Source: Ruditapes philippinarum
Lineage: Eukaryota
Direction: 5' to 3'
Length of the DNA stretch: 62,625 nucleotides
Assembly (NCBI RefSeq): GCF_026571515.1
Contig: NW_026851853.1
Location: 1 to 62,625 of the forward strand
The notes beneath the pieces were generated by a model. The model was given only the letters and a program-made list of their open reading frames with translations, was not told the DNA's origin and searched no databases. The first letter of the stretch is position 1. Every line of letters starts with the position of its first letter. Below are positions 14,949-28,442 of the stretch, piece after piece. The translations under genes were made by a program, and so were the position numbers.

Positions 14949-15168
14949 TCAAACAGCAAAATAATTAATATCAGTATGAGTGACATTTAGTTTCCAACAA
15001 ATAACGGTTAATTGCTGTTTATGAATCGCTTGATAAACCATGAAAATTCTTTAAACGTTTTCAAACAGCAAAATAATTAATATCAGTATGAGTGACATTT
15101 AGTTTCCAACAAATAACGGTTAATTGCTGTTTATGAATCGCTTGATAAACCATGAAAATTCTTTAAAC
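14949..15168. repeat. Near-perfect tandem duplication, period 112 bp, in the probable TRAX 3'UTR
   Basis: tcaaacagcaaaataattaatatcag...gaaaattctttaaac starts at both 14949 and 15061. Confidence 0.9.
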
Positions 15169-15342
15169 TTTTCGTCCTGGATTCTTCATGATCACTAGAT
15201 ATCTGCCAAAAGAATTAAGAATAACACACACAGAGTCTCCTAGTAAATTAAAGAAGTTACAGAGTGATATATTTTTAAAATGACTCGGAACCATGCATCA
15301 GAAAATTACACAAGTTGAAGACATCTAAATTTGAACATTTAT

Positions 15343-18300
15343 TTAATCGTCATCTAATACTTCTGTATCATCGACATGTAATTGCGCCATGCTTGGTTTA
15401 GATATCATATCAATCAACATGTGTTTTGGAACTTCGGATCCTCGCACCCGTAACGTATAACATGCCATCTCCACTTTACGCAAGCTCTGACGTAATGTGT
15501 GCAGTTTCCTGTTCACTTCTCGGTTTGCGTTGCCCAATGATGCATATGCTGCTTCGATACTCTGAAGGAAACTACAAATTTCAAAAGGGCGATCCATATC
15601 GCCACACCCGACAGAGTTGATGGCTCGACGCATCATTTCACCGGTTAGATCTGCTAGACCGAGAATATATTCACTCGCAGGAACATAAACCATTAATTTA
15701 CTCTCAGGTTTGACTATTTGTCCTGAATTCTCAGATTCCGATAGTTCCATTGGGACACCTTTGTTTTCATTGGAACTTTTGTTATCTTCGTTCACTTTAC
15801 TTGCTTCGTTTGCTGTGAATGTAAGCCTAGCTTGTACATCACTAAGGGGCATCAATTTATTGTCCTTCAAAAACACATAGAATGTCAAAGCTTCAATGTA
15901 TTCCTGTAACCCTGGAAACAAAGTTTAAAACAAGTGATTTTACATCATTTGAATAACTTTATCACATGTTATGTAGAATGGTAGCATAGTGAAAGACTTT
16001 TAACATGTTTGTTGTTTACATATGCATACCATGATTACTACTTATCAGGGATATATGAGAAGTTTATAATAGGTATCGCTTTAGAAATGATTACTCCTTA
16101 AAGCTGCACACATCCAGATGAGCCAAAATATTTCAAGAAATTCAATCTTTAGAACAATGTTTTTTATCTTTAGAAAAATGTATTAAGATCTTAAGACAAG
16201 TAAAAACATTCAAAATTTAATTAATTATTTACATGTTATGTGCGATTAATGACTGATTTCGCAGTATCAGTTACTATAATTCTACTGCATTACTAATGCA
16301 GTAAGTCGTATTTATGTATATTTTGACCTCTTTTAGGTAATTTACATAGATTGTAAGTGCCGTTTGCAATCTGTAAATAACTTTCTTTGCTCACTTCACA
16401 GTATTTTACTTTAAAATACATTTTTAAAATCTTCATGAAAATTAGCATGAATCTGGAAGTATGCTGCTGTAAAGGTTTATTAAAATTTAAACATCAATTT
16501 TACTTTATTATATTACGCTTTCTAATTTAAAAGAAACAGACACACACACACAGAGACAGGCATTTGCCAAGTTCTTACCTGCTGTATAAGCCCTCAAGAA
16601 TTGGAAAGGATCAGTATTCACCAGCTCTTTAGCTACCTCCCTGAATTTTGTATTCTCCAACGCTGCCAGTTTTTCCTCAGTCTGTTGTAAAATATCAGCA
16701 TTTTCTGTAGGACTGTAAAAATAAAACTTGATATATTTAACAGCACAAGTCGCTCTCCTGATGTAAAACAAGCAATTATCATAGCATTGCAAGCAATCCA
16801 TAAGTCCCCTACCGGTTAGAACCCCATCAACATTCTGAAGGGCAATTGGCCATTCACTAATGTTTTAATTTTTCTCTATTTTAACCCTTTCACTGCCATA
16901 GGGACAGCTTATGCCGTCCCTGTTATTTTCGGCGTATTTGCCATATGGACAGCTTTAGCCGGTTTCTATAATAATAATAGTAATAATAATAAATTAATAT
17001 AAAAATAATAATAAATATAAAGAAAATAATAATAAATATAAAGAAAATTATACCATCGGCAATAATTATTATTATACTCACAGATTTGGAAACATATATA
17101 ATTATTATAATACTAATAACAAATAATAATTATTATATTTATTAATAATATAGAAATTTCTTAGAAAACCCTCTGGCAAATAGGTGATCAATAAAACAAT
17201 AACCCTCGAAAGGGTTAAGTAAATTTGTTGGAAAAGTTCTTTAAAAGTGATCACAGGAAACAGTTTTTATGAACAGACAGACAGACAGACAGACTGAAGG
17301 ACACTCTAAAGTTAATATTTGAAACATCCCTGTCACCAAAATATAACATTTTTAAAAGCAAAATTCTTAGAGGAGATAACTCTTGAATTAAAGATGCAAT
17401 TTCATAAAAATTTTCAGCTCTTTTGACTAATCACAAATATTGTTATATTTGCCATCTTTTAAGCCTATTTGTTGCCAAGGCAGCCAATATTTTTTCAAAA
17501 TAGGAAGAAAAGATAAGACATGCATAATCTCCAGACTGCCATCTACACATATGTCAAGTTTCATAAAAATATTTCCAGTACTTTTTGAGTTATCACTGGA
17601 TTCAGTGTATGTGTAAAATTTGCTATATTTTCAGTCTATTTGTTGCCATAGCAACCAGAATTTTCAACATAGGAAGAAAAGAAAAAGACGTGCATAATTT
17701 CCAGACTGCCATCTACCCATACTTCAAGTTTCATAAAAATATTTTCAATACTTTTCAAGTTATCGCGGGATCCAGTTTTGTGGACGGACGGACAGATGTA
17801 CCAAAATTTGATGTTTATGAGGCAAATAAGCTCATAAACACCACCTGGACCAACGTCCATAAGCAAAATAAGCTCATAAAAACAAAACAAGAGGGCCATG
17901 ATGGCCCTGAGGTCGCTCACCTGTATATAGGCCCCCCCCAACCCCCACCCCCCCCAAACGTTGCAGGGCCAATTTAACCAAAGGGCTTTTATTTGCACAA
18001 ACTTGGTAGACACCCATAAGAAGATGTTTCATGCTAAACATCTAAGCTCTAGCTCATTGGGCTATTTAAAAGAAGATTTTTTTTAAGTTTTTACTATACA
18101 CATATAGTTAAAAACAATGACACCCCTGGGGCCGGGCCAGTTATGACCCCAGGGTTTTTATTTGAACAAACTTTGTAGACACTTACTAGAATATGTTTCA
18201 TGCTTAATATCTAAACTCTAGCTATTTGGGTTTTTTCAAAGAAGATTTTAACTTTTTGCTATACACATATAAGGAAAATCAATGACCCCGGGGCGGGGCC

Positions 18301-21300
18301 AATTTTGACCCAAGGTCTTTTATTTGAACAAACTTTGTAGACACTCACTAAAAGATGTTTCATGCTTAATATCTTAACTCTAGCTATTTGGGTTTTTTCA
18401 AAAAAGATTTTATAAGTTTTTGCTATACACATATAAGGAAAATCAATGACCCCCGGGGCGGGGCCAATTTTGACCCAGGGCTTTTATTTGAACAAACTTG
18501 GTAGACACCTATTAGAACATGTTTGATGCTAAATATCTTAACCATAGCTCTTTGAGTTCTTTAAAAAGAAGATTTTTTAAGTTTTTACTATATGCATATA
18601 TAGGGAAAATCAATGACCCCCGGGCGGGGTCAATTTTGACCCCAGGGCTTTTATTTGAACAAACTTGGTAGACACTTATTAGAACATGTTTCATGCTAAA
18701 TATCTTAGCTCTAACTCTTTTGGTTCTTTAAAAGAAGATTTTTTAAGTTTTTACTATATGCATATAGGGAAAATCAATGACCCCCTGGGGCGGGGCCAAT
18801 TTTGATCCCAGGGCTTTTCTTTGAACAAACTTGGTAGACACCTATTAGAACATGTTTGATGCTCAATATCTTAGCCATAGCTCTTTGAGTTCTTTAAAAG
18901 AAGATTTTTTAAGTTTTTACTATATGCATATAGGGAAAATCAATGACCCCCCGGGGCGGGGCCAATTTTGACCCCAGGGCTTTTATTTGAACAAACTTGG
19001 TAGACACTCACTAGAAGATGTTTCATGCCAAATATCTAAGCTCCAGCTCTTATGGTTTTTTAAAAGAAGATATTTAAAGTTTTTTCTTTTGGTTGCCATG
19101 GCAACCAGTTCTGCATGGAATTAAATTCTTTGAACAATTTTTAAAGGTGACCACCAAAGGAACATTCCTGTGAAGTTTGGATGAAATTGGCCTTGTGGTT
19201 TATGAGGAGATGTCATTTAAAGTAAAAGTTTACGGACGCCGGACGGACCACGGACGGACGCCGGACGAAAAGCGATCACAAAAGCTCACCCTGTCACTTT
19301 GTGACAGGTGAGCTAAAAATAGCTCTTAATTTGAATTTTATGAGTTTTTGTTCTTTATTTAACTACGGAATGAAGCTCATAATAATACGGACGGACGTTT
19401 TCACAGGACAGTAATTATGTGGCTACTCTATTGTTCTCTCTATTGTTCTTTTTAGCCACACAAAAGAAAATAGCCACATAAAAGCATTACGGAATGAATG
19501 ACATCAAAGAGAAAGAACAGTTACCTATTGTTCCTCTAGCCACATAATTACTGTCCTGTGAGTGCGGACAGACAGACGTCCGAGCAAACATTTTGGGTTT
19601 AAAAGATGTTACAAACAAAACTTTAACCAATGCGTAAAACTGACACAAAAGTGAGTAACTGAGTATGATAGTTCTTCTATTTAGGACATAGATGTCAATT
19701 CTGAGTGCATTGTTGTAGAATAATGCATGTTTGAGTTCAAATGTACATGAATATAATCACAAAGGCCAATAGACCAGAGTGATCAATTACCAAGCATTTG
19801 ATCGAAAAACCGTGCATTATTATACTACATTGCATACAGAATTAATATCTATTTCCATTCTAACTCGTCAAGAAAAAAATATAGTTGGACTATATTATTA
19901 TGGTTGGTAATGAAAATTGTTTTTAACCTCAGAGTTTCTTATAAATACGTTCCTTGAAAGCTATTCCAGGCGGTTGAAAAAAAACTCTGTTGTTAAGTCT
20001 AACATCTGCAGAAACATTATGAAAATAACTAATTTCCAAAATGTGGATAATTTTGTGTTTATTTTATTTCACTTTATATTTTGCAAGTGAAAAGCAGAGT
20101 ATTTATAGTGAAATTAATGTGAAATTTAACTGGTTTGCAATATTGAAACTGCGTTCTTGTTTTCACAGGTTTTGCACGCGATGTTTGGGGCTACATTGTG
20201 ACCTCAACTAAACAACACTTTAAACGTCTGAACAGCAGATTTTTTTTCTTAGTTAGACCATTTCCTATCATTCTAGATAATTTTCAGAACAAAGTTCAAC
20301 AAAAAAGTCTTATTTATCAGATTTTTAAAACAAAATGGCACCGATAATGTGTCAGTTTGCAAATACAGACAGAGGACATAAGACAGCTAGTCAATTGTTG
20401 TGAAATATATCACGCTTCCAACCTTCTTTATCTATATAAGAGAAATCTCTAATAGTGTTAGAATGTACATTTACTCACACCAAAAAACAACTCACTTGTT
20501 AACTCTATGCAACAAGAATATAGCTCTCTTGCTTTCAATGGTGATATCTCTACTCAGTTTTACTATTCTCTCATGTTTATCATGACGCTGATCAAGCTCC
20601 TGTTGAAATCCTCTAAACATCTGGATAACAGGAGAGCTTTCATCTACATCTTGAACTTCTTCTTCACCACGATCTGGCTTATCTCCCTTTGCTGCAAAAA
20701 GTTTGAAATGGTAAAAACATAAGCTATGAGTATATTTCTTGCATAAAAATATGCCACAATAACCCAATTGACGATACAAGTCTGTGTATAGTAAATGACC
20801 CCCCTGGCTAGGACATTTTGACACAAGTGTCATGAGTTACAAATCTTTTGTTGTTCCACTCGGCCCAATGCTAAATATCAAAAATCCAAGCTCTTGGCAT
20901 TGTAGTTTCTGAGAAGAAAAGTCTACATAAACCATGTGACCATGGGGTGGGACCAATTTTGGCCCCAGGGTTTTTATTTTGGTTTATATAAATGTTGTAG
21001 AGGACCACAGGATGATGCTAAATCTTATTTATCCACTTTGTGTATCAACTGATTTTTTTGCTACTTTCAAAACAATCTGTGGTTTTCTGAAGGCGAAAAT
21101 ATCGCACGATAAATAAAACAAGAGCTGTCAGTAGGACAGCACGCTCGACTATTCTAAGTGCTTGATAGTAAAAGAGCCTATATAATGTTAATTTTTTTTA
21201 AGTTCACAAAAGGGCTAATTTTTTTTATAAATTCATGTTATAGGCCTTAGAGAGAGTCTAATTATAAAGTATTGGCTTGACTATTCGGAAGGTAATGTCA

Positions 21301-23550
21301 CAAGGGTGTTTTATTGAGTATAATAATACTAATTACCTATGAATACATAAAATTGACAGAAAAGGTACAAAGCTTGTTATTAAGATGTTTATCAAGTAAA
21401 TCACTGCTTTATTATTATGAATGCATAAAATTGTCCCAAAAAAGGCACAAACCCTACAGTAGTTATTGAGATAACAGCTTACAAGCAAAACTTTACCATG
21501 AATTTCTAAGTTGAAAAAGGGGAAGAAAAAATCAGCCTAAATGCAAGAAAGAATATTGGATCTTTGTCAGTGACCTACAATTATGACCCAAATGCATGTG
21601 AAGTTTTAAAATAAAATATCTTTAATAGTTATTGAGATATGTAAAACTTGCAAGTAAAACAATAACCAAGAGAGACTAAGTAGAAAAGGGGATATGAATC
21701 AGCCTTAATGCAAGATAGAGTTATGGAACTTGGTCAGTGACATACAATTATGACCCTCCAATTATGACCCTAGGTGCATGTGTAAAGTTTCAAGTAAATA
21801 TCTTTGAAAACCTTTAACCTTTAACCAAATTTCTAAGTTTCAAAGGGGCAAATAATTCTGCAAATATTGCAGGCAGCGTTATGCAAATTTTGCAAAACTG
21901 AATGTACATTGTTCCTATAAAAAAGTATTTTAAATTTCATTTGAATATCTCAAGCAATAATTGAGATATTTGACTTTTCAAAAAAACTTTAACCAAAATG
22001 TCTAAGTTCCAAAGGGGCAAAATTCTGTCAATATTGTAGGCAGAGTTATCCAACTTGTCAATCAGATGTACCTTGTTACTATAAATATGTATTGTAAGTT
22101 TCAATTGAATATCTCAAGCAATAATTGAGATATTTGACTTTACAAAAAAACTTTAACCAAAATTTCTAAGTTAAAAAGGGGCATAATTCTGTCAATATTG
22201 TAGGCAGAGTTATCCAACTTGTCAATCTGATGTACCTTGTTACTATAAATAAGTATTGTAAGTTTCAATTGAATATCTCAAATAATAATTGAGATATTTG
22301 ACTTTACAAAAAACTTAAACCAACGCAGACGCCGACGCGAACGATGACGCCGACGCCGTGCGACTACAATAGCTCTCATATTCTGCGAATAGTCGAGCTT
22401 AAAATGGGGAAAGCCTGAAATTCCAACAACTGAGAATTATAAAATTTTCAATTTTAATTCAATTTAACATGCATTGTACATAGCAGGGATTATCTTATAA
22501 CTTATAGAACCAGCTTTCAGTCAATTAAATTTATCAACTAGCTGATTTAAGTCAACTGCTGTTGAGTCATGGTTCTAGAAAGACTGCAAAGGGCATTTCA
22601 GATGGAAATGTAGCATTTTTTGGTACCTATCTTTAGGCTAGGGGAGACAGCCTTTATTCTGCTGTAAAACATAGAAAAATATATCGCCAACACCTCTCGC
22701 TAGTGTTATAGGCATATAGGAAATAAATGCATGTCGGATTGTTGGTGAAAGGAAAGTAAAAAAATAGGCGGCAATCTCCAGGATTAGACCCCTATGTATA
22801 TTTCAGAAGTAAAACTATGAATATAATACACTAAAGAAGTGGTGGTGGTGTTGGTACTTTTCACTCAGGATCATGGCAGTAAGTCACATTGAATTAACCA
22901 GAGCACAGTTCAGCCACCGCATCAATCCTGGGCAGGGTGTCAAGCAGTTTACCAGTACTAGTTGCCTTCACTTTTGCAAGGAACTAAAACTTCTGTACAT
23001 ACCAGAGCAGAGGTACAGTGCATATATGACCGTAGAAAAGATTTTATGATCAAGCACCATGAAAGTGTCCAGCGCTGTTTGGGAATCAAACCCAGGTGGC
23101 CCGATTCACAGTCCAACAGTCTACCTATTGAGCTAACCGGATAGCTATATATAACTAAAGGAAACGTATTGAACCATACATACATGTATACTCGTTTAGA
23201 CCCCTATGTATTTTTCAGTAGTAAAACTTGTATATAATACACTAAAGAAAACGGAGTGAACCTAATATATACTCCTGGTTTAGACCCCGGGGTCTTATCC
23301 AGGATATAGCCAACATAGTAGCCTTATGATTGACATTTGTCCTTTTACTAATATATAATAATTGTCACTTTGGTACGACATATTTTAAGTACGAATAACA
23401 AATTTTAAAACAAAAATATGACAACTTCTGAACAACAACTGTAAATCATAAAATGTTAAAAAGTATTCAAATAATATAATATTTTATATCTCTGAACAGT
23501 TGCAGTAGGAAAACATTACCATTTCTATGCCTTTTCCTTCTGTCAGCCAT
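15343..23550 (-). CDS. TSNAX: Translin-associated protein X (TRAX), 309 aa; exons 23550-23520, 20691-20496, 16712-16579, 15911-15343
   Basis: Exons of 31+196+134+569 = 930 nt join in frame (phases 1,2,1). TRAX motifs: [82 protein letters not shown]. Confidence 0.95.
16885..17214. mobile_element. piggyBac-like MITE
   Basis: TTAA|ccctttc...gaaaggg|TTAA, with an internal duplicated motif gccata.ggacagctt and an AT-rich core. The TIR is short. Confidence 0.5.
17887..19314. mobile_element. Non-autonomous Helentron-like (HINE/pearl-type) element with internal ~165-bp tandem array, TRAX intron 2
   Basis: Starts acaagagggccatgatggccct (hairpin) followed by gctcacct. It has about 6-7 tandem units (aatgacccc...ggggccaattttgacccca), a (ggac)n-like microsatellite and a terminal hairpin cctgtcac-ttt-gtgacagg followed by tgagct. 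It is inserted in an A-run with no clear TSD. Confidence 0.8.
19401..19561. repeat. Small inverted-repeat element
   Basis: tcacaggacagtaattatgtggcta and tagccacataattactgtcctgtga form a perfect 25-bp inverted pair. Confidence 0.75.
21118..22400. mobile_element. HINE-like element, second family, TRAX intron 1
   Basis: acaagagctgtc-agta-ggacagc hairpin, subterminal inverted repeat gctcgactatt / aatagtcgagc, ~160-bp internal repeats and a (gacgcc)n microsatellite. Confidence 0.75.
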
Positions 23551-23808
23551 TTTCGCGACTGATGTAGATTGAACACCACTAACATTTATGTTCAAAGGTA
23601 ATGTAGTACTAAAAGTACAAATGGCGCTCTCGTTCATGTTCCCTCTACGAACACAGACACCTTTAAAAAAATCATATTTCATACTGTATAATAATACACT
23701 GTTTATAATTATACAGGTTGAAATATGATTTTTTTAAACGGCTTACACCGGTTTGAGTACCGCTCAAGCCGATGCTAGGGGGCTTGAGGGATGTTGCACG
23801 TATTCATA

Positions 23809-24657
23809 AGATAAGATAAGATACATGTAATCTTTATTTACAGTCGGTTACATAAAACATATAAACTTTAGCTATATAAGCTATTTTCCGACAAAACAGA
23901 ATATCCTTTAACAATGCAAACAAACAATCTGTATAAAAGAAAATATATAAAAGGATTAAGAAGATCAATGTACATTTATGAATGACTCTGTAAAACAAAT
24001 TAGATTTATAAGCACATATAAATATGGATAAGATAATATTAATTGATTAAAAGCAAATATAACACTACAATCAAACATCACAGAATATTACATCATACAA
24101 TAATTCCATTTTATGTACACAACCCTATAATCAGAATTAGAAAAAAAAAAAAAATATTTTTTTTAAAAATAATTTAAAATAATAATGATTCAATCTTATT
24201 TCAATATGGTTGACCTATAGTCCAGCATGATGCTTCAGCATATATCAGTACTATATATATATATACATACATATATATTAATTAATACCGAATTAAATTA
24301 AAAGTAGAAATAAAAAGGTAAAAAACTGTAAAAAGCTATTGTCCCCATAATGGGATATGTGAAAAGCTGATCAGCAGCTGCCACACACTCAAACACTAAC
24401 TAACTGACAAATGACTCTACACATATACAGAACAGTAATAAGCACATATGGAGTACACAAGAAGCACATGAAAAGCATATAAAGGATAATATAAAACAAA
24501 AATACAGGCCTTATACAGCATTTCTTTATGGCAGACACAATACAGAAAAAAACAAACAAAAGAAGCATGCAGCTACATTAAGCATAATTTTACATACATA
24601 AGGGCAGTAACTAAAGAGAAGGCATAGAGAACAATACTCAACAAAAACAAAACACTT
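23809..24657 (-). mobile_element. Non-coding 3' end of a non-LTR retroelement inserted into a dispersed repeat
   Basis: The minus strand ends aataaagattacatgtatcttatcttatctt. It interrupts gcacgtattcat^tatccctcatg (intact at 24930-24952), with TTCAT duplicated on both sides. Confidence 0.6.
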
Positions 24658-24886
24658 TTCATTATCCCTCATGTACAGACTCAATCAAACCGAGTCTGCA
24701 ATACTCTTGTAATTTTGTTGTGATTATAATGCTTTCGAGGGATCACTTCAGATTTTATACTTCACAACAGCAGGTGTCAAGTGCTGTGTGGCAGCTGTAA
24801 AAAGTTGCCCCGTACTTCACTTCAGTTTTGTTATATTTTTCTGGTCCTTCGGGATTATTGATGCCAGCACTATTAAGTGTTGAGAA

Positions 24887-25040
24887 TTGAGTACCGCTCA
24901 ACCCGGTGCTAGGGGGCGTAAGGGATGTTGCACGTATTCATTATCCCTCATGTACAGACTCAATCAAACCGAGTCTGCAATTCTCTTGCAATTTTGTTGT
25001 GATTAATGCTTCCGAGGGATCACATTGTTTCCAGATTTTA
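24887..25040. repeat. Dispersed repeat (ccggtgctagggggcg...gcacgtattcattatccctcatgtacagactc...gagggatcac); other copies at 23752-23808 plus 24658-24750, 29320-29480 (inverted) and 57708-57850
   Basis: Direct visual identity. The spurious ORFs at 24906 and 57701 give nearly identical translations. Confidence 0.85.
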
Positions 25041-25089
25041 TATTATTTTTTTTTGATATACAGTACATATTGTAGTTACTTACATACAG

Positions 25090-25797
25090 TACTGGTGGAA
25101 TAACTGCAAACACCATCAATGTCCTCAGCCGAGGCCATCCGTCATCATGTGTTTCGACCCCTAGCTCGGTACACTCTCAGGATGGGGGGTCCACAGTGGT
25201 GATCAATCACTGCGCATTGGTGGTGGGTTTCCAGCTACTACTGTCTCTCTTCATCCATATCCAGCAAGATGCTTTCTCTGCTGCTTGGCCCAGTTTCTTG
25301 ATTGCTGCTCTTCTATTCTGGCCAGTCACTCCCACTGCAGAAAACATTCTCCACACTGACTGTGCAGGGAAGCCTCTGCAGCCAACCTCAACAGGAAAGT
25401 TCCATGTCTGCCATCCTATATCTCTGCACTCTGCCAACAGTCCATCATATTTTGCCCTCTTTCTTTCATTTGCTTCGCCACATCTCTCCTCCCAGGGAAC
25501 TGTCAACTCTATGATTATTACCTTTTTACTGCTTGTAGACCAAAGTACCATGTCTGGTCTTAGGTTGGTTGGTACAATATCAGGAAATTGCATCTTCTTT
25601 CCTAGATCAACTTCTAACTGCCAATCCCTTGCCTGATTTAGGATTCCTGATATGATCTTTTTACTTTCCTGGCCTACTTCACCCTCCTTCACAAACTGGA
25701 TCTTCATAGGTTTGTTTCTAATGTGTTTTGCATCTTTCCTCTGTTTCTCTATCACTTCAGCGAGTTCTCGGAGTACTTGGTTGTGTCGTGTATATAA
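25090..25797 (-). mobile_element. 5'-truncated non-LTR retrotransposon with restriction-like endonuclease (HERO-like): 3' end of ORF plus 3'UTR
   Basis: The frame reads YTRHNQVLRELAEVIE...WQLEVDLGKKMQFPDIVPTNLRPDMVLWS...IIIELTVPWEERCGEANERKRAKY...PVEVGCRGF. This is the RHN motif that follows the CCHC knuckle plus the PD-(D/E)xK-type RLE domain. The stop is at 25207 and the RT domain is absent. Confidence 0.85.
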
Positions 25798-26264
25798 TCA
25801 GTACATGTGCGGGGATTGACAAATATACATTAAATTTTGATTTTAAAGGCGTTTTGAGCTCCACACCCCAAGTGTCTGTGTCTACGAATGGAAAATTAAA
25901 ATTAAATTACCCATTATAAACAGAACATTTTATTACAGTTATATAAAGCTCCATGGTATTAACAATGGACACACTTGGAAGGAAACCAGCTTAATAAAAA
26001 TTCATATTTCATAAAATATGAGTTATTAACGATACGTTTATAATAGATAATACTTTTAAAAATGATCTAAATGCATGTACATGTAACTGATTATGTTTTT
26101 TTTTATAAATTTAAAAATGTCATGTTAACTGAATTGGTGAATACCAATACTGCAGTATACGTCAAACCTAGAACAAATCTGTTATTATAACAGTTCTTTT
26201 AAGATATAGTGAAATACATGTAGTCAAAAGTCTTCAAAATTTTAAGCCAGTAAATTTATATTAA

Positions 26265-26618
26265 AGGGATTCCAATGAGGTTTTTTGACGTGAAGGGACC
26301 GAAAATATTTTTTCAAGATTTTTATATAACTAAATGTATGTCTAGACCAATAACTCATGTACAAAATTTCAGACCATTCGCTCACTCCGTTTCCCAGAAA
26401 TAATCAATTTCATTGTGCAAATTGGCCCAAAAAGTGAAAACCGTTTAAACGCTTTTCAATTTAATCGGCCAAAATCGCATACAAATCGATTACCAATTTA
26501 ATACCGTGTATATTTTTGTATAATCTATTGCTTGGTTTCAAATTTAAATGTACCAGTTGATTTAAGAAAGAATTTCAAAATATATCATTTAAGGCTATTG
26601 GACCTCAGTGGAGTTCCT
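26265..26618. mobile_element. TTAA-flanked non-autonomous DNA transposon (Kolobok-like)
   Basis: TTAA|agggattccaatgagg...cctcagtggagttcct|TTAA. A related copy lies at about 40602-40949. Confidence 0.7.
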
Positions 26619-27370
26619 TTAATGTAATAATCAATGTTACTTAAGCAAATTGAGAATCACTTAAATTTTCAACCCTTCAAGTAAAGTGTCAGGAAATAAA
26701 TTTTTTTAGACAAAATCAAATCTAGACACGCTATAATAATTGTTTTGATATAAGTTATAATATTGTACTTCATCGTTTATTTCCTTTCTTTCTTATGAAA
26801 CAATGAAAATCTACTGATGATTATTTTAAATGAGTTCTAACTGGGAATGTGTAACTAGCAGATGAGCATTCATAAATATGGAATGTTATATAAGTTTCAA
26901 AGTTTCAAAGTTTATTTCAATCAGAGCCTTAAAAGCCCATGAGGCATACATATACAAAACTTTATGACGAACAGTTTATACATTTAACAATAATTTCATT
27001 ATAACAATATATCTTGCAAATATATTTTACTTTGGAGAAGGTTTTTTCAACCTTATTCACCCTTACCAATTGTGACATATTTCGAACTAAATTTCAGGTT
27101 ACCTCTTTAGACATATAGACATGTTAAACTGTGTCTTATTTACTTCACATTGATAGGTGTCAAGTGCTTCAGATCAATGATTCCAGCACGATATACTAAA
27201 CTCTTTTAAACTGAATACAGTTTACCCTGTGATAGAGGGCTTGATGTTCCCATTTTACATTATCTCTGGTGAACAGACTTCATTAAACCGAGTCTGAAAT
27301 TTTTTACATGAATGCTTATCTTACCCTTAGTCTGCTGGTGGCTAACAGATTCTACCCACATTACCAGTAA

Positions 27371-27576
27371 NNNNNNNNNNNNNNNNNNNNNNNNNNNNNN
27401 NNNNNNNNNNNNNNNNNNNNNNNNNNNNNNNNNNNNNNNNNNNNNNNNNNNNNNNNNNNNNNNNNNNNNNNNNNNNNNNNNNNNNNNNNNNNNNNNNNNN
27501 NNNNNNNNNNNNNNNNNNNNNNNNNNNNNNNNNNNNNNNNNNNNNNNNNNNNNNNNNNNNNNNNNNNNNNNNNNNN
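27371..27576. other. Assembly gap (206 N)
   Basis: Run of N. Confidence 1.
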
Positions 27577-28442
27577 GAAGTTCAACGTACACTAGCTGTA
27601 TGACGGAACAGTTACTGTTTTGCTAGCATTATATTCTGTATTAAAGATGCACTTAATTGTATCAGAATATTTATAAATTTCAGCAGGGTCTTTCAAGACC
27701 CTGAATTCAGGAAGTAGTAGTAAAACTTATCCTAGATTTGATGTTTATGAAGCTTTTGTTTAGTCATGTTGCTGTGTTGTTTAACATACTAGTATGTCAT
27801 TTGTATGAATTATTACAACACCTTCTTCTTAAATTTGATTTGATGCGGAGTTTTGTTAGCAGTGATTGGTATTATATATGATTAACAATTAATTTATCCA
27901 GTTCAATCTGATTTCTTCGGCTATTATGCTTACCAGACGTATATGGGAAGAGCCTGTTTTTTTACAAATTGTGATTTGGAACAGTCCATTTAAAGTTCAA
28001 TGAATTTCAATATCAAGAAATAAAAGAATTGAGTCACCGTGAAAGTGTGTCAATATCTCAACAAAAATTGTCATCTTGATAGTAAATGTCTTTTAAAGAG
28101 TTCCTTGCTTGATTTTGTAAAATACTGGTAAGTTAAAATGTTCACTACGAACCGCTTCCTCACGCCAATAAGGCGGATTTATGAACAACAGGAATATAAT
28201 ACAAATAAAACTACCGCTCTATCAAGCTGCTATCTATTTCTTAGAAGCTTTCATCAAACCCAAAGCGGAAACTTAACAGGAAACTTGTACTTCATTCAAT
28301 AAGTATAAAACATCGCAATTAAAGATGAAATAAGATGATTTTGTAAAGCAAGCATAGTTACATTGTACTTATATGTAAATATGGTCTGGACAAATATTCA
28401 TTAATTTTATGTTGTTTTGTTGGGAAGCGAAAGAACGACGAA

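Noticed and set aside
25130-25200. Hammerhead ribozyme in the retrotransposon 3'UTR
   Set aside because: CTGA and GAAA are present, but the CUGANGA core and three-stem junction with an NUH site could not be built.
27260-27626. ORFs across the N run
   Set aside because: Artefacts of the assembly gap.
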